Source: an uncultured Nitrospiraceae bacterium (lineage in GTDB: Bacteria > Nitrospirota > Nitrospiria > Nitrospirales > Nitrospiraceae). From it: a stretch of 64,000 nucleotides of DNA. The stretch covers positions 1,024,001 through 1,088,000 of the forward strand of contig CAVSTP010000004.1 in the NCBI GenBank assembly GCA_963730935.1. The letters run 5' to 3'. The notes below the pieces were generated by a model, which was not told the origin of the DNA, did no database searches, and was given only the letters and a program-made list of their open reading frames with translations. Positions 1 to 8,850 of this stretch are shown here, one piece after another (the stretch's first letter is position 1; every line of letters begins with the position of its first letter). A program made the translations under genes and the position numbers.

Positions 1-125
1 TATACAAGATCTATGTGGGACAGATCAGTTTCGGCGTGCAGATGGGGTTGGTAGTCGTGATCTCGGTGCTCGCCGGTCTGGGCCTGTTTTTCACCTACAG
101 ATCCTCGGCGCGCAATCAGCCCTGA
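1..125 (+). CDS. 3' end of a membrane protein (truncated by window edge)
   Basis: Hand translation from nt 3 gives YKIYVGQISFGVQMGLVVVISVLAGLGLFFTYRSSARNQP then TGA at 123-125; one hydrophobic helix. Confidence 0.5.
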   Translation, partial: YKIYVGQISFGVQMGLVVVISVLAGLGLFFTYRSSARNQP

Positions 126-197
126 CGAGTGTCTTCACACCCACGATGTTCGCACTTCCTTACAGGACGTTAGGCTTTTTAGCGTGCGGGCTGGCAG

Positions 198-851
198 CTA
201 CATGAGGCCGTGCTTTTTCAGATAGTCCTTATCGATGACGGGCGTCGGCTTCGGCAGCTGGCTTCGCTGTTGGAGAAGCCGTTCGACAAACTTTCCAATG
301 AGGTCGGATTCCAGGTTGACTTGATCATCAACCTGTTTGAGTCCCAGCGTCGTAACGGCAGCGGTATGCGGAATGATGGAGACGCTGAAGGAGTGATCGG
401 TGGCGTCATTGATCGTCAAGCTGATCCCATCGACCGTAACCGAGCCTTTGTGCACACAGTATCGCAGGACGTCCGAGGGCGCTTCGATGACAAACACGAT
501 CGCATTGCCCTCCTGACGGCGGCTGCGGATCGTGCCCACCCCGTCGACGTGACCGGCAACCAGATGCCCGCCGATCCGTTCATTGAGTTTCATCGCGCGC
601 TCGAGATTGACCGGAGCCCCACCCGTCAGCCGTCCGAGGGTCGTGACCGACAAGGTTTCCGGCGACGCTTCGACAACGAAGGTTTGTTCAGCTTTCGCGA
701 CCACGGTGAGACAAGTGCCGTTGATGCTGATACTGTCCCCGACCTTGAGCTCGGCCAACACCGTCGAAGCGAGGATCGTCAGGCGAGTGCCGCCGAGGGT
801 CTGTTCCAGCGAGGTCACGGCGCCCATTTCTTCCACGATACCGGTGAACAT
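198..851 (-). CDS. ribE: Riboflavin synthase (alpha chain)
   Basis: N-terminal MFTGIVEE signature, two lumazine-binding repeats (GDSISINGTCLTV, GSVTVDGISLTI), VNLE motifs, GGHLVAGHVDG. Confidence 0.97.
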   Translation of the reverse strand: MFTGIVEEMGAVTSLEQTLGGTRLTILASTVLAELKVGDSISINGTCLTVVAKAEQTFVVEASPETLSVTTLGRLTGGAPVNLERAMKLNERIGGHLVAGHVDGVGTIRSRRQEGNAIVFVIEAPSDVLRYCVHKGSVTVDGISLTINDATDHSFSVSIIPHTAAVTTLGLKQVDDQVNLESDLIGKFVERLLQQRSQLPKPTPVIDKDYLKKHGLM

Positions 852-967
852 CAGTCTTTCCTGAAGATGACCTGCTTCAACACATAGACAAAGACGACGA
901 TCAAGACGACCACTCCGAGCGAGGCCAGCACCGCGATTACGATGTTCTCAGTCGCCATCTCCTGCAT
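851..967 (-). CDS. Small single-pass membrane protein, 38 aa (not in ORF track)
   Basis: MQEMATENIVIAVLASLGVVVLIVVFVYVLKQVIFRKD; one clean TM helix with basic C-tail; its TGA overlaps the ribE ATG (TGATG). Confidence 0.7.
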   Translation of the reverse strand: MQEMATENIVIAVLASLGVVVLIVVFVYVLKQVIFRKD

Positions 968-993
968 GGCGGCCCATTATATCATCGGGCTCT

Positions 994-2160
994 TTATTTC
1001 CTCATGGCGAGCCAGAAGAACCCGGCGGCAGCCACCTGGAGACCGGCAATGATCCCGAACGCCCCGGCATAGCTCATGTTGGCGATCAGCACACCCGCAA
1101 GCAGAGGTCCGCTCGCATGTCCGATATCTCCAATCGTGCCTTGCATGCCCATGCCAGCTCCCAACGTCTTGAACTCTGAACTATCCGCGACAAACGCCGA
1201 AGAGGACGAGGAGACAACCGCCTCGCCGAAGCCAAATCCCGCCGAGAGCACTAGCAGCGGGGCCAGCTCGGACACATGCGGAATAGACACAAACGTCGCC
1301 GCACAGATCAGGAGCCCCAACATGATCAAGGGCTGTCGGCCCATGCGGTCAGAGACGCGTCCCATAATCGGCTTCGAGATGAACGACGTCAGGGATTGGA
1401 TGGTGAACAAGAGCCCCACTTCTCCAGCGTTGAGACCGACCGAGATGCCGTACAGAGGCAGAAATGCCATCAAGGCGCCGTTGGCAATCATCTTGGCGGC
1501 ATCGGTCGAACTGGTGACCAGGACCCTACGGTTCCTGGCGACAATGCTGAAGCCTTTCCACATTTCCGACCAGACAGAGGCCAGGCCCTTGTCATGCAGG
1601 CGCGGTGGAGGCGGCGAAAGATGCAGACTGTAGAACATCACGATCGCCGCGCAGCCGAACAGTCCCGCGGTCAGGAACGCCGACGAAAAGCCGTAGGCAA
1701 AAGCAAGGTATCCCCCGATGAACGGGCCCAGCAAGGCGCCTGATTGCGTGCAGGCCGTATACGTGCCCAATGCGGCGCCGCGGCGCTCCCGATACAATTC
1801 CGCAACCGTCGCGAGCGCGCTCGGCGCGAAGATCGCTGTCGCCAATCCATGAAAGAGACGAAGCAACGTCAGCACGTTCAGATCTGAGATAAAGGGATAG
1901 AAAAACGGCGGGACCCCGAAGGCGATGACGCCGACCCGAAGGAGCATGCGGCGGCCGTAGATATCCGAGAGCGCGCCGGACGGAAGTTTGAGAAAAACCC
2001 CCGTCAGTGTTGAGACGGACACAATCACCCCGATCCGCTCAGGACTCGCACCAAGTGATTCGGCAAAGAGAGCCAAGACCGGCATCCGAACCATGTTGTA
2101 GCTGATGAAGCAGAAGACGCCGATCGTGCACAGAAAGGCAAAGCTGCGCGAGGTCGTCAT
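994..2160 (-). CDS. MFS transporter (12 TM, drug:H+ antiporter-like)
   Basis: MFS motif A twice (GALSDIYGRR, GRVSDRMGRQ), hydrophobic, 388 aa. Confidence 0.92.
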   Translation of the reverse strand: MTTSRSFAFLCTIGVFCFISYNMVRMPVLALFAESLGASPERIGVIVSVSTLTGVFLKLPSGALSDIYGRRMLLRVGVIAFGVPPFFYPFISDLNVLTLLRLFHGLATAIFAPSALATVAELYRERRGAALGTYTACTQSGALLGPFIGGYLAFAYGFSSAFLTAGLFGCAAIVMFYSLHLSPPPPRLHDKGLASVWSEMWKGFSIVARNRRVLVTSSTDAAKMIANGALMAFLPLYGISVGLNAGEVGLLFTIQSLTSFISKPIMGRVSDRMGRQPLIMLGLLICAATFVSIPHVSELAPLLVLSAGFGFGEAVVSSSSSAFVADSSEFKTLGAGMGMQGTIGDIGHASGPLLAGVLIANMSYAGAFGIIAGLQVAAAGFFWLAMRK

Positions 2161-2972
2161 GGTGTAGAACGTCCGGAATGCCCGCTCATAGAGGGTAGCC
2201 CCTTGCCACCCAAGGCTTCTTTCAAGAACGCCACATCTTCGTCGGGTAAAGGAGGAGGATCGGTGGCCTCAAATAGTACGCGCTCTGGCCGTTGGCGGAT
2301 TTCGAGCCCCAATCGGTTCACGACGGCGATGCCCTTCCTGAGCTTTCTGATGACCGTGGCACCGACGAGCGGTCGCAACAGTGAGGCCAGTCCTGAAAGC
2401 ACGCGGTTGTCCAACATTGTATAGGCCACCAAGGTGTTCTCCATCGCTTCGTGGCCGCTTGGCTCCTTGACAGTGCCCATGCGGAGGAATACGACCGCTT
2501 TCCCGCTCACATTGGGCAGCAACCGGCTGCGATGCGTGCCTTCAAGATAATAGACTCGGATCGCACGCTCTTGGTACACCAGTTGCACCATCCCCTCCGT
2601 GCCCTCGCCGTCATTGGCCCACCACCGGCCGGGACCGCGCATTTCCGCCTTGTAGTCCGCCAGGTCAAGACGGTTAATCAAAGCCGCCGCCAACGGCGGA
2701 TGATCCAGCAGATGAAAATACATCGACGCATCCATCGCGGTATTCAACGGTCCGAGCGCGTTGGCAGTCGTGTAGTGATCGATGACAAACTTGAGCCGGC
2801 AGGCCCAATCTTCGGGGATGTGTTGAACGGGAAACGCAATCCCACCGTGTACAGTCTCCAATCTGCACGAGTCTGCCCAGGCCTCGTCCAGAGATCCGGC
2901 TAACGCAAGCGCCATCGTTCCAACAACGACGCTCGAGCGCCCGCGCGCCAACAGCCGGTCCTTCGCCTTCAT
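2157..2972 (-). CDS. Hypothetical exported protein
   Basis: 271-aa ORF with signal-peptide-like N-terminus (..LAGSLDEAWA); 4-nt overlaps with both neighbours. Confidence 0.75.
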   Translation of the reverse strand: MKAKDRLLARGRSSVVVGTMALALAGSLDEAWADSCRLETVHGGIAFPVQHIPEDWACRLKFVIDHYTTANALGPLNTAMDASMYFHLLDHPPLAAALINRLDLADYKAEMRGPGRWWANDGEGTEGMVQLVYQERAIRVYYLEGTHRSRLLPNVSGKAVVFLRMGTVKEPSGHEAMENTLVAYTMLDNRVLSGLASLLRPLVGATVIRKLRKGIAVVNRLGLEIRQRPERVLFEATDPPPLPDEDVAFLKEALGGKGLPSMSGHSGRSTP

Positions 2973-4255
2973 GAGACTGATTTTGGAACCTCGACGGCGA
3001 CATGAAACGGGAACAATTGTCGAGGATCCTGCCGAAGCCGTGCCTGCCGCAATAGGGTCTCCAATGATGCCGTCACGGTACCCTCGAACGAGAGCTGGCC
3101 GTTAGTCACGATCGTGACCGGCTTAGCCGGATCGATCAGGCGATCGTTCAGAAACAGGCTATAGCGCTGAATGCGTTCCGTGTTCACTTCGATCCGGTTC
3201 GCCGAGACAATGGTCGCTTCAAGCCTGGCATATTCGCGTTGTGTGATTCGCTGGTCCCGCTTGTCGATCAGGTCGTCGGAAAACGCAGCGATGGGATCGG
3301 TGACATCGAGTCGCACCCAGCCGAACGGTTGAAAGTGACTGGCTTCACGCACCACGGTCAGCTTCGCCGGCAGAGGATCCCGCCGTTGGCTGCTGAGCCA
3401 TGTCATCAGCGCCGGCAATTCTTCCCGGGGAAAGTAATGTCCACCGGCCATCGGATGTTCACCCTGATGCTCGCGATAGACATGCGGATAGCCCAGCGCG
3501 GTCAACTCCCGTGCGATGGAACGGCTGAGCGCCACAGGCATAACCTGATCTTTGGCGCCGTGAATGATGTAGACGGGCGTGTTTCGAAGATTTGCCAGAA
3601 AGGGCATCAACACGTCATCGAGCCCGCTCGCCATGGGAGCGAGGCCCGCAAATAGCGGCGCATGGTGCATGCCGATCAGCCAGGCGCCGATGCCGCCGTT
3701 CGACATGCCTGTGAGAAAGATGCGGTCCGGATCGAGGTGGTAGCGCTGCCGTACGTGTCTGATTGTCGCAAGCACCAGGTCCTCGGCCCGGCGCGTGAAC
3801 CAGGCTCCTGCCGGATAGGTCGGACACGCCAGGATGTAGTCCTCCCCAAGGCGCGCCTGCCAGCGTTCGAGGTACACGTCGCCTGTAAATCCCGCGCCGT
3901 GCAGGCAGACGATCAGCGCATATCCTCTTGAGGGTTGATACGTGAGTGGAACCGAAAGCGCGAGTCCATAGCTTTGCCCCTGCACCCGAATCCGTTCGTC
4001 GGACAGCGTCCCGATCGGCCGACTGTCATAGCTCCGCTCGGTTTCGATAATTCGAATAACCCGCTCAATCGACGCATCCGGATGATGCTGAACGGCCTGC
4101 AGCAGCCGTTCGGCCTCGTCGCTGTCCGGCGAATCGAGGTACCGGAAGACCAGTGCGGGCAGCTGCTTCGAGCCAGTCTCCAGCTCAGCCTGGCCAAAGC
4201 CGAGACTCCACCAGACGACGGTCGGAAGGACTAGCGCCACGAGCCAGCGATTCAC
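2969..4255 (-). CDS. Exported alpha/beta hydrolase (esterase/peptidase-like)
   Basis: Signal peptide, LHGAG oxyanion motif, nucleophile elbow GMSNGG, HGAKD Asp and GGH His. Confidence 0.85.
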   Translation of the reverse strand: MNRWLVALVLPTVVWWSLGFGQAELETGSKQLPALVFRYLDSPDSDEAERLLQAVQHHPDASIERVIRIIETERSYDSRPIGTLSDERIRVQGQSYGLALSVPLTYQPSRGYALIVCLHGAGFTGDVYLERWQARLGEDYILACPTYPAGAWFTRRAEDLVLATIRHVRQRYHLDPDRIFLTGMSNGGIGAWLIGMHHAPLFAGLAPMASGLDDVLMPFLANLRNTPVYIIHGAKDQVMPVALSRSIARELTALGYPHVYREHQGEHPMAGGHYFPREELPALMTWLSSQRRDPLPAKLTVVREASHFQPFGWVRLDVTDPIAAFSDDLIDKRDQRITQREYARLEATIVSANRIEVNTERIQRYSLFLNDRLIDPAKPVTIVTNGQLSFEGTVTASLETLLRQARLRQDPRQLFPFHVAVEVPKSVS

Positions 4256-5379
4256 AGGTGACCTTCCACCACGAGGTCGCGTCCGAGCACTCGGGTGCGC
4301 ACGTGCTTCAACGTGAGCGCCGCCGCCAGGCGCCCGGGGCTTCGGCCGCCGATCATGCCGGTGGCATCCCTGCCGCCCAAAAGCGACGGCGCGACATAGA
4401 GGCGAACGCGTTGCACAAGCTTGGCCTTAAGCATCGCTGCATTGATTTCAGCGCCGCCTTCCACTAACAGAGACGTAATCCCCCGCTTTCCAAGTTCGCG
4501 CATGAGCGCGGAGAGAGAGACTCGCCCACGGACCAGAGGCAGCACGACCACCTCGATACCTCGTCGCTGGAGTGCACGCCGTCGCGCAGCCGAAGCCGCC
4601 TCCGTGGTGGCAATTACGGTTCCGGCGCCATTCACTCGGCGGAGAATTTTCGCGTTGAGTGGCGTCCGCAGGCGGCTATCGACGACGATTCGCAGAGGCT
4701 GCTTTTTTGCCAATCGCTTGAGTTGTGGACCGATCCGCGCCGTCAGCGACGGATCGTCAGACCGCACCGTCCCCACGCCGACTAGGACGGCATCGACCTC
4801 GGAACGGAGCTGATGGACCTCGCGCCGGGACGCCTTGCTCGTGATCCACTTCGCCTCTCCAGACGCCGTCGCGATCTGACCGTCAAGCGTCATGCCCGCC
4901 TTGAGGATGACATACGGACGCTTCGTCCGTACCCAGTGCCTATACGTGTGGTTCAACGCTTCCGCCTCCCGGCGCGCAATGCCGGTCGTGACAGCCCTTC
5001 CGGCTCGCCGAAGCGCGGCTGCACCCCGGCCATTGACCAAAGGATTTGGATCGCGTTGGGCGATAACCACCCGCCTCACCCCTGAGCGGACAATGGCCGG
5101 CACACAGGGTGCCGTCCGCTTTTTCAGGTGGCAACAAGGCTCGAGCGTGACGTAGAGGGTGCCGCCGCGGGACTGTGCCCCAGCCCGCTCGAGCGCAAGC
5201 ACCTCGGCGTGTGGAAGACCGGGCCGGAGATGATACCCCTGTCCTACGACCCGTCCTCGATTCACCACGATGGCGCCGACCATCGGATTGGGACTCGTCG
5301 TTCCACGACCTTTCGCCGCCAGGCGCAGGGCCGACTTCATGTAACGAAGATCTTGAGCGCCGTGTACCCGCATCATCAA
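4252..5379 (-). CDS. ribD: Bifunctional pyrimidine deaminase/reductase RibD
   Basis: PNPMVGA, HAE and TLEPC..C zinc deaminase motifs; TLDG, D..LVG..T, VEGG reductase motifs. Confidence 0.96.
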   Translation of the reverse strand: MMMRVHGAQDLRYMKSALRLAAKGRGTTSPNPMVGAIVVNRGRVVGQGYHLRPGLPHAEVLALERAGAQSRGGTLYVTLEPCCHLKKRTAPCVPAIVRSGVRRVVIAQRDPNPLVNGRGAAALRRAGRAVTTGIARREAEALNHTYRHWVRTKRPYVILKAGMTLDGQIATASGEAKWITSKASRREVHQLRSEVDAVLVGVGTVRSDDPSLTARIGPQLKRLAKKQPLRIVVDSRLRTPLNAKILRRVNGAGTVIATTEAASAARRRALQRRGIEVVVLPLVRGRVSLSALMRELGKRGITSLLVEGGAEINAAMLKAKLVQRVRLYVAPSLLGGRDATGMIGGRSPGRLAAALTLKHVRTRVLGRDLVVEGHL

Positions 5380-5429
5380 GGGGTCGCCACGCAGGGGGAG
5401 CGTTCCTGAGAGGGGCGCAGACGAGGAAA

Positions 5430-5477
5430 CGAGAAACGTCGTGCCGTAACGTTTCGCAATGGCGCCGGCGTTTCTCG
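5430..5477 (-). terminator. Stem-loop after ppdK, possible intrinsic terminator
   Basis: CGAGAAACGTCG...CGGCGTTTCTCG inverted repeat followed on the minus strand by pyrimidine-rich TTTCCTC. Confidence 0.4.
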
Positions 5478-5508
5478 GATCCGGCGGGCTGTCACCCGCT
5501 GCGGATGG

Positions 5509-8286
5509 TCACCGCTTCCTGCGTGATTTGGGAGAGCGGCGGCGGACGGACCGTGCCGATGCCGCCGCCTTCGCTCCCTTCTTGGCTTCCGCTTCGGCCA
5601 GCGCCGCGTGCGCTGCAGCCAGCCGAGCGATCGCGACGCGGTAAGGCGAGCAGCTGACGTAATCGAGTCCGAGCTGATGGCAGAATTCCACTGAACTCGG
5701 GTCGCCTCCATGTTCACCGCAGATGCCGAGCTTGATGCCGGGCCGCGTTTTCTGTCCGCCTGCAATGGCCTGTCTCATCAACGCACCGACCCCCTCCCGA
5801 TCGAGAACGGCGAACGGATCGGCGTCCATGAGATTGGCGGTTTTATAATGGTCGATGAACTTGGCGGCATCGTCACGGGAGAATCCGAAGGTCGTCTGGG
5901 TCAGGTCGTTGGTGCCGAAGGAAAAGAATTCGGCCTCTCCGGCGATGCGGTCCGCCGTGACGGCCGCCCGTGGCAATTCGATCATCGTCCCGATCAGGTA
6001 CGAGAGCTTGACATTGTGACGCTTCATCGTCTCTTGGGCGACCTCGCGCACGAGATCCTTTTGCGACTTCATCTCCGAGACCATTCCGACCAAGGGAATC
6101 ATGATCTCGGGCACGATTTTCTTGCCTTCCTTGGCGAGTTCGCAGGCCGCCTCCACGACCGCCCGCGCCTGCATGCGCGTAATTTCCGGCATGGTGATCC
6201 CTAATCGGCACCCCCGCAGGCCCAACATCGGATTGAACTCATGCAACTCCTCGACGCGTGCGAGCAGCCGGCGTTTTTCTTCCAGCACGGCGCTGTCGCC
6301 GCCCGTCAGTTCCAATCGGGCGATTTCGACCATCAACTCTTCGCGCTTGGGCAGGAATTCATGCAACGGCGGATCGAGCAGCCGGATCGTCACCGGGAAG
6401 CCCTCCATCTGCCGGTATAGCCCGATGAAATCCTCCTTCTGAAGCGGCAGCAGCTGATCCAGATATTTTTCACGCTCTTCTTTCGTACGCGCCAGAATCA
6501 TCTTCTGCATGATGGGAATCCGGTCCTCGGCAAAGAACATGTGTTCCGTTCGGCAGAGCCCGATCCCTTCCGCACCGAACCCGCGCGCGATCTTGGCCTG
6601 CTCCGGCACGTCGGCGTTGGCCCGGACCCGCAGCTTCCGCACGCTGTCCGCCCACGACAGGATGGTCGCGAAGCGCTGGTACTTGTCGGATTTTTTCTGA
6701 TCCAGCTTCCCTTGGATCACTTGAATGATTTCCGATTCGACGACTGGAATATCGCCTTCGTAGACATTGCCGGTGGAACCGTTGATCGATAGATAGTCGC
6801 CCTCACGGAAGGTCTTGGCGCCGATTTTCACGGTTTGACTGTCGAGCACTTCCACGGATTCACAGCCGGCTACGCACACCTTTCCCATCTGACGGGCGAC
6901 GACGGCCGCGTGGGACGTCATGCCGCCCCTGGCGGTCAAAAACCCGTCGGCGGCGTTCATTCCATGAATGTCGTCGGGACTCGTTTCCTGACGGACCAGA
7001 ACCACGCGGCTGCCTGAGGCCTTCATACTGACGGCGCGGTCCGCAGTGAGCGCAATTTTGCCGGCGGCGGCACCTGGCCCGGCTGGCAGTCCTTTGCCAA
7101 GGGGATTGACCTTGGATTCTTCTTTCGTATCGAAGATCGGGTAGAGATATTGCGCCAGCTGGTCCGGTCCGATGCGCAGAACCGCCTCTTCCTTTGAGAT
7201 CGCGCCCTCTTTTACCATGTCGACGGCGATCTTGACGGCGGCAATGCCCGTCCGCTTGCCGACGCGGGTCTGCAACATATAGAGCTTGCCTTCCTGGATC
7301 GTGAATTCCAGGTCGAGCATGTCGCGGTAATGCTTTTCGAGTTTCTTGTATGTCTGCTCCAGATCCTTATAGGCTTCGGGCACGTTCTTCGCGAGGGCGC
7401 TCACGGGCAGAGGCGTCCGGATTCCGGCCACGACGTCTTCACCCTGCGCATTCATGAGGCATTCGCCGAAAAACGCCTTGTCTCCCGAACTGGGACTGCG
7501 GGTGAAGGCCACGCCCGTCCCGCTGGTTTCTCCCATGTTGCCGAACACCATGGCGACGACATTGACCGCCGTTCCCCACGAATCCGGGATCCCGTAGAGC
7601 CTGCGATAGGTAATGGCGCGCGCACCGAACCAGGAGGAAAACACCGCGTTGATCGCCATGCGGAGTTGATCGAGCGGTTCGTCCGGAAAGTCCTTCTTCG
7701 TCTCTTCCTTGACCAGCGCCTTGAAACTGGCGACCAATTCGCGAAGATGGCGGGCGTCGAGATGCGTCTCATGCGCCACCCCCACTTCCGTTTTCTTATG
7801 CTTGAGGATGGCTTCAAAGTGCTCGCGCGGGACACCCATGACGATACTGCCGAACATCGAGACGAACCGCCGATAGCTGTCCTGCGCAAAGCGGTCGTTG
7901 CGTGTTTTCGCAGCGAGGCCTTCGACCGTCTTCGTCGTCAATCCAACGTTGAGCACCGTATCCATCATGCCGGGCATCGAGGCCCGGGCGCCCGAGCGTA
8001 CCGACACGAGCAGTGGCCGTTCAGGATCGCCGAAGCCCATACCCATCGACCGCTCCACGCGCTTGAGAGACTGCAGGGACGCCTCCCACATGCCGGGTGG
8101 ATTCTTCTTGCCGAGTTTGTAGTATTCGACGCAGGCTTCCGTGGAAATAGTGAATCCGGGAGGGACGGAGATCCCCAGATTGGTCATCTCTGCCAATCCG
8201 GCGCCCTTACCGCCGAGCAACTCTTTCATGTTCGAGGTGCCCTCGGCTTTTCCGTCACCGAAGTAGTAGACGTATTTCTTAGCCAC
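5509..8286 (-). CDS. ppdK: Pyruvate, phosphate dikinase
   Basis: LLGGKGAGLAEM, SVRSGA..SMPGMMDT, phospho-His GGMTSHAAVVAR, GIGLCRTEHMF, SFGTNDLTQ, GICGEHGG. Start set to GTG 8286 (SD GAGAGGG). Confidence 0.98.
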   Translation of the reverse strand: MAKKYVYYFGDGKAEGTSNMKELLGGKGAGLAEMTNLGISVPPGFTISTEACVEYYKLGKKNPPGMWEASLQSLKRVERSMGMGFGDPERPLLVSVRSGARASMPGMMDTVLNVGLTTKTVEGLAAKTRNDRFAQDSYRRFVSMFGSIVMGVPREHFEAILKHKKTEVGVAHETHLDARHLRELVASFKALVKEETKKDFPDEPLDQLRMAINAVFSSWFGARAITYRRLYGIPDSWGTAVNVVAMVFGNMGETSGTGVAFTRSPSSGDKAFFGECLMNAQGEDVVAGIRTPLPVSALAKNVPEAYKDLEQTYKKLEKHYRDMLDLEFTIQEGKLYMLQTRVGKRTGIAAVKIAVDMVKEGAISKEEAVLRIGPDQLAQYLYPIFDTKEESKVNPLGKGLPAGPGAAAGKIALTADRAVSMKASGSRVVLVRQETSPDDIHGMNAADGFLTARGGMTSHAAVVARQMGKVCVAGCESVEVLDSQTVKIGAKTFREGDYLSINGSTGNVYEGDIPVVESEIIQVIQGKLDQKKSDKYQRFATILSWADSVRKLRVRANADVPEQAKIARGFGAEGIGLCRTEHMFFAEDRIPIMQKMILARTKEEREKYLDQLLPLQKEDFIGLYRQMEGFPVTIRLLDPPLHEFLPKREELMVEIARLELTGGDSAVLEEKRRLLARVEELHEFNPMLGLRGCRLGITMPEITRMQARAVVEAACELAKEGKKIVPEIMIPLVGMVSEMKSQKDLVREVAQETMKRHNVKLSYLIGTMIELPRAAVTADRIAGEAEFFSFGTNDLTQTTFGFSRDDAAKFIDHYKTANLMDADPFAVLDREGVGALMRQAIAGGQKTRPGIKLGICGEHGGDPSSVEFCHQLGLDYVSCSPYRVAIARLAAAHAALAEAEAKKGAKAAASARSVRRRSPKSRRKR

Positions 8287-8311
8287 GCGTCCCTCTCTTT
8301 CCGTACCACTC

Positions 8312-8815
8312 TCAGCGGAAACCGGATGCGTTCCGGGATGCCGCCGGTTCAAGCTGCAGCCGATAGCGACTTACCAGATAGCGTCTCGCCCACATGCCGA
8401 ACAGCAAGACCACTCCCACGAACAGGGCCAGCGCGAGCAACCGAAAATCCGAGCGCACCCCCGGATCGATATAGTAGTGGCCGTCGGCGCCGCGGCGAAC
8501 GGCAATGTCCTTCGCCAAATGGTGCGGCTTCCCCGATGGATCGGCCAGCTTGATCCACTCGGAGCACAACCGCACGGGATCCGGTGCTCCCGTCACTCGC
8601 TCCCAGGTCAATCGGAGACACACATCCTCTTTGGCATTGAACAATTCCGGCGTAGTGACCAGTTCATCCAGATTGATACCGGTGACCCAGACGCCGAAGA
8701 GCAAGACGACATTGCACAACACGATCAGCGCCGCCGTGACCATCCTGGAAAAGCGCCGGACCTTCGCCGCACGCTTCTCGTCGGATTCTGGATGCGGAGG
8801 GTCCGGCAGTCCCAT
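8312..8815 (-). CDS. Hypothetical two-TM membrane protein
   Basis: Two hydrophobic helices flanking a loop with two Cys; ATG 8815 preceded by GGGAG and avoids overlap with glyS. Confidence 0.7.
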   Translation of the reverse strand: MGLPDPPHPESDEKRAAKVRRFSRMVTAALIVLCNVVLLFGVWVTGINLDELVTTPELFNAKEDVCLRLTWERVTGAPDPVRLCSEWIKLADPSGKPHHLAKDIAVRRGADGHYYIDPGVRSDFRLLALALFVGVVLLFGMWARRYLVSRYRLQLEPAASRNASGFR

Positions 8816-8850
8816 CTCACTCCCGTCGATTCCGATGGGGCGGCTATCCC

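Noticed and set aside
5380..5508. FMN riboswitch upstream of ribD
   Set aside because: A hairpin is present, but none of the conserved FMN aptamer motifs are recognisable.
7330..8553. Long antisense ORFs (e.g. 7330-8553, 24861-26123, 33214-34176, 50433-51707, 54300-55349, 59501-60481)
   Set aside because: Shadow frames opposite well-supported genes, as expected in high-GC DNA.
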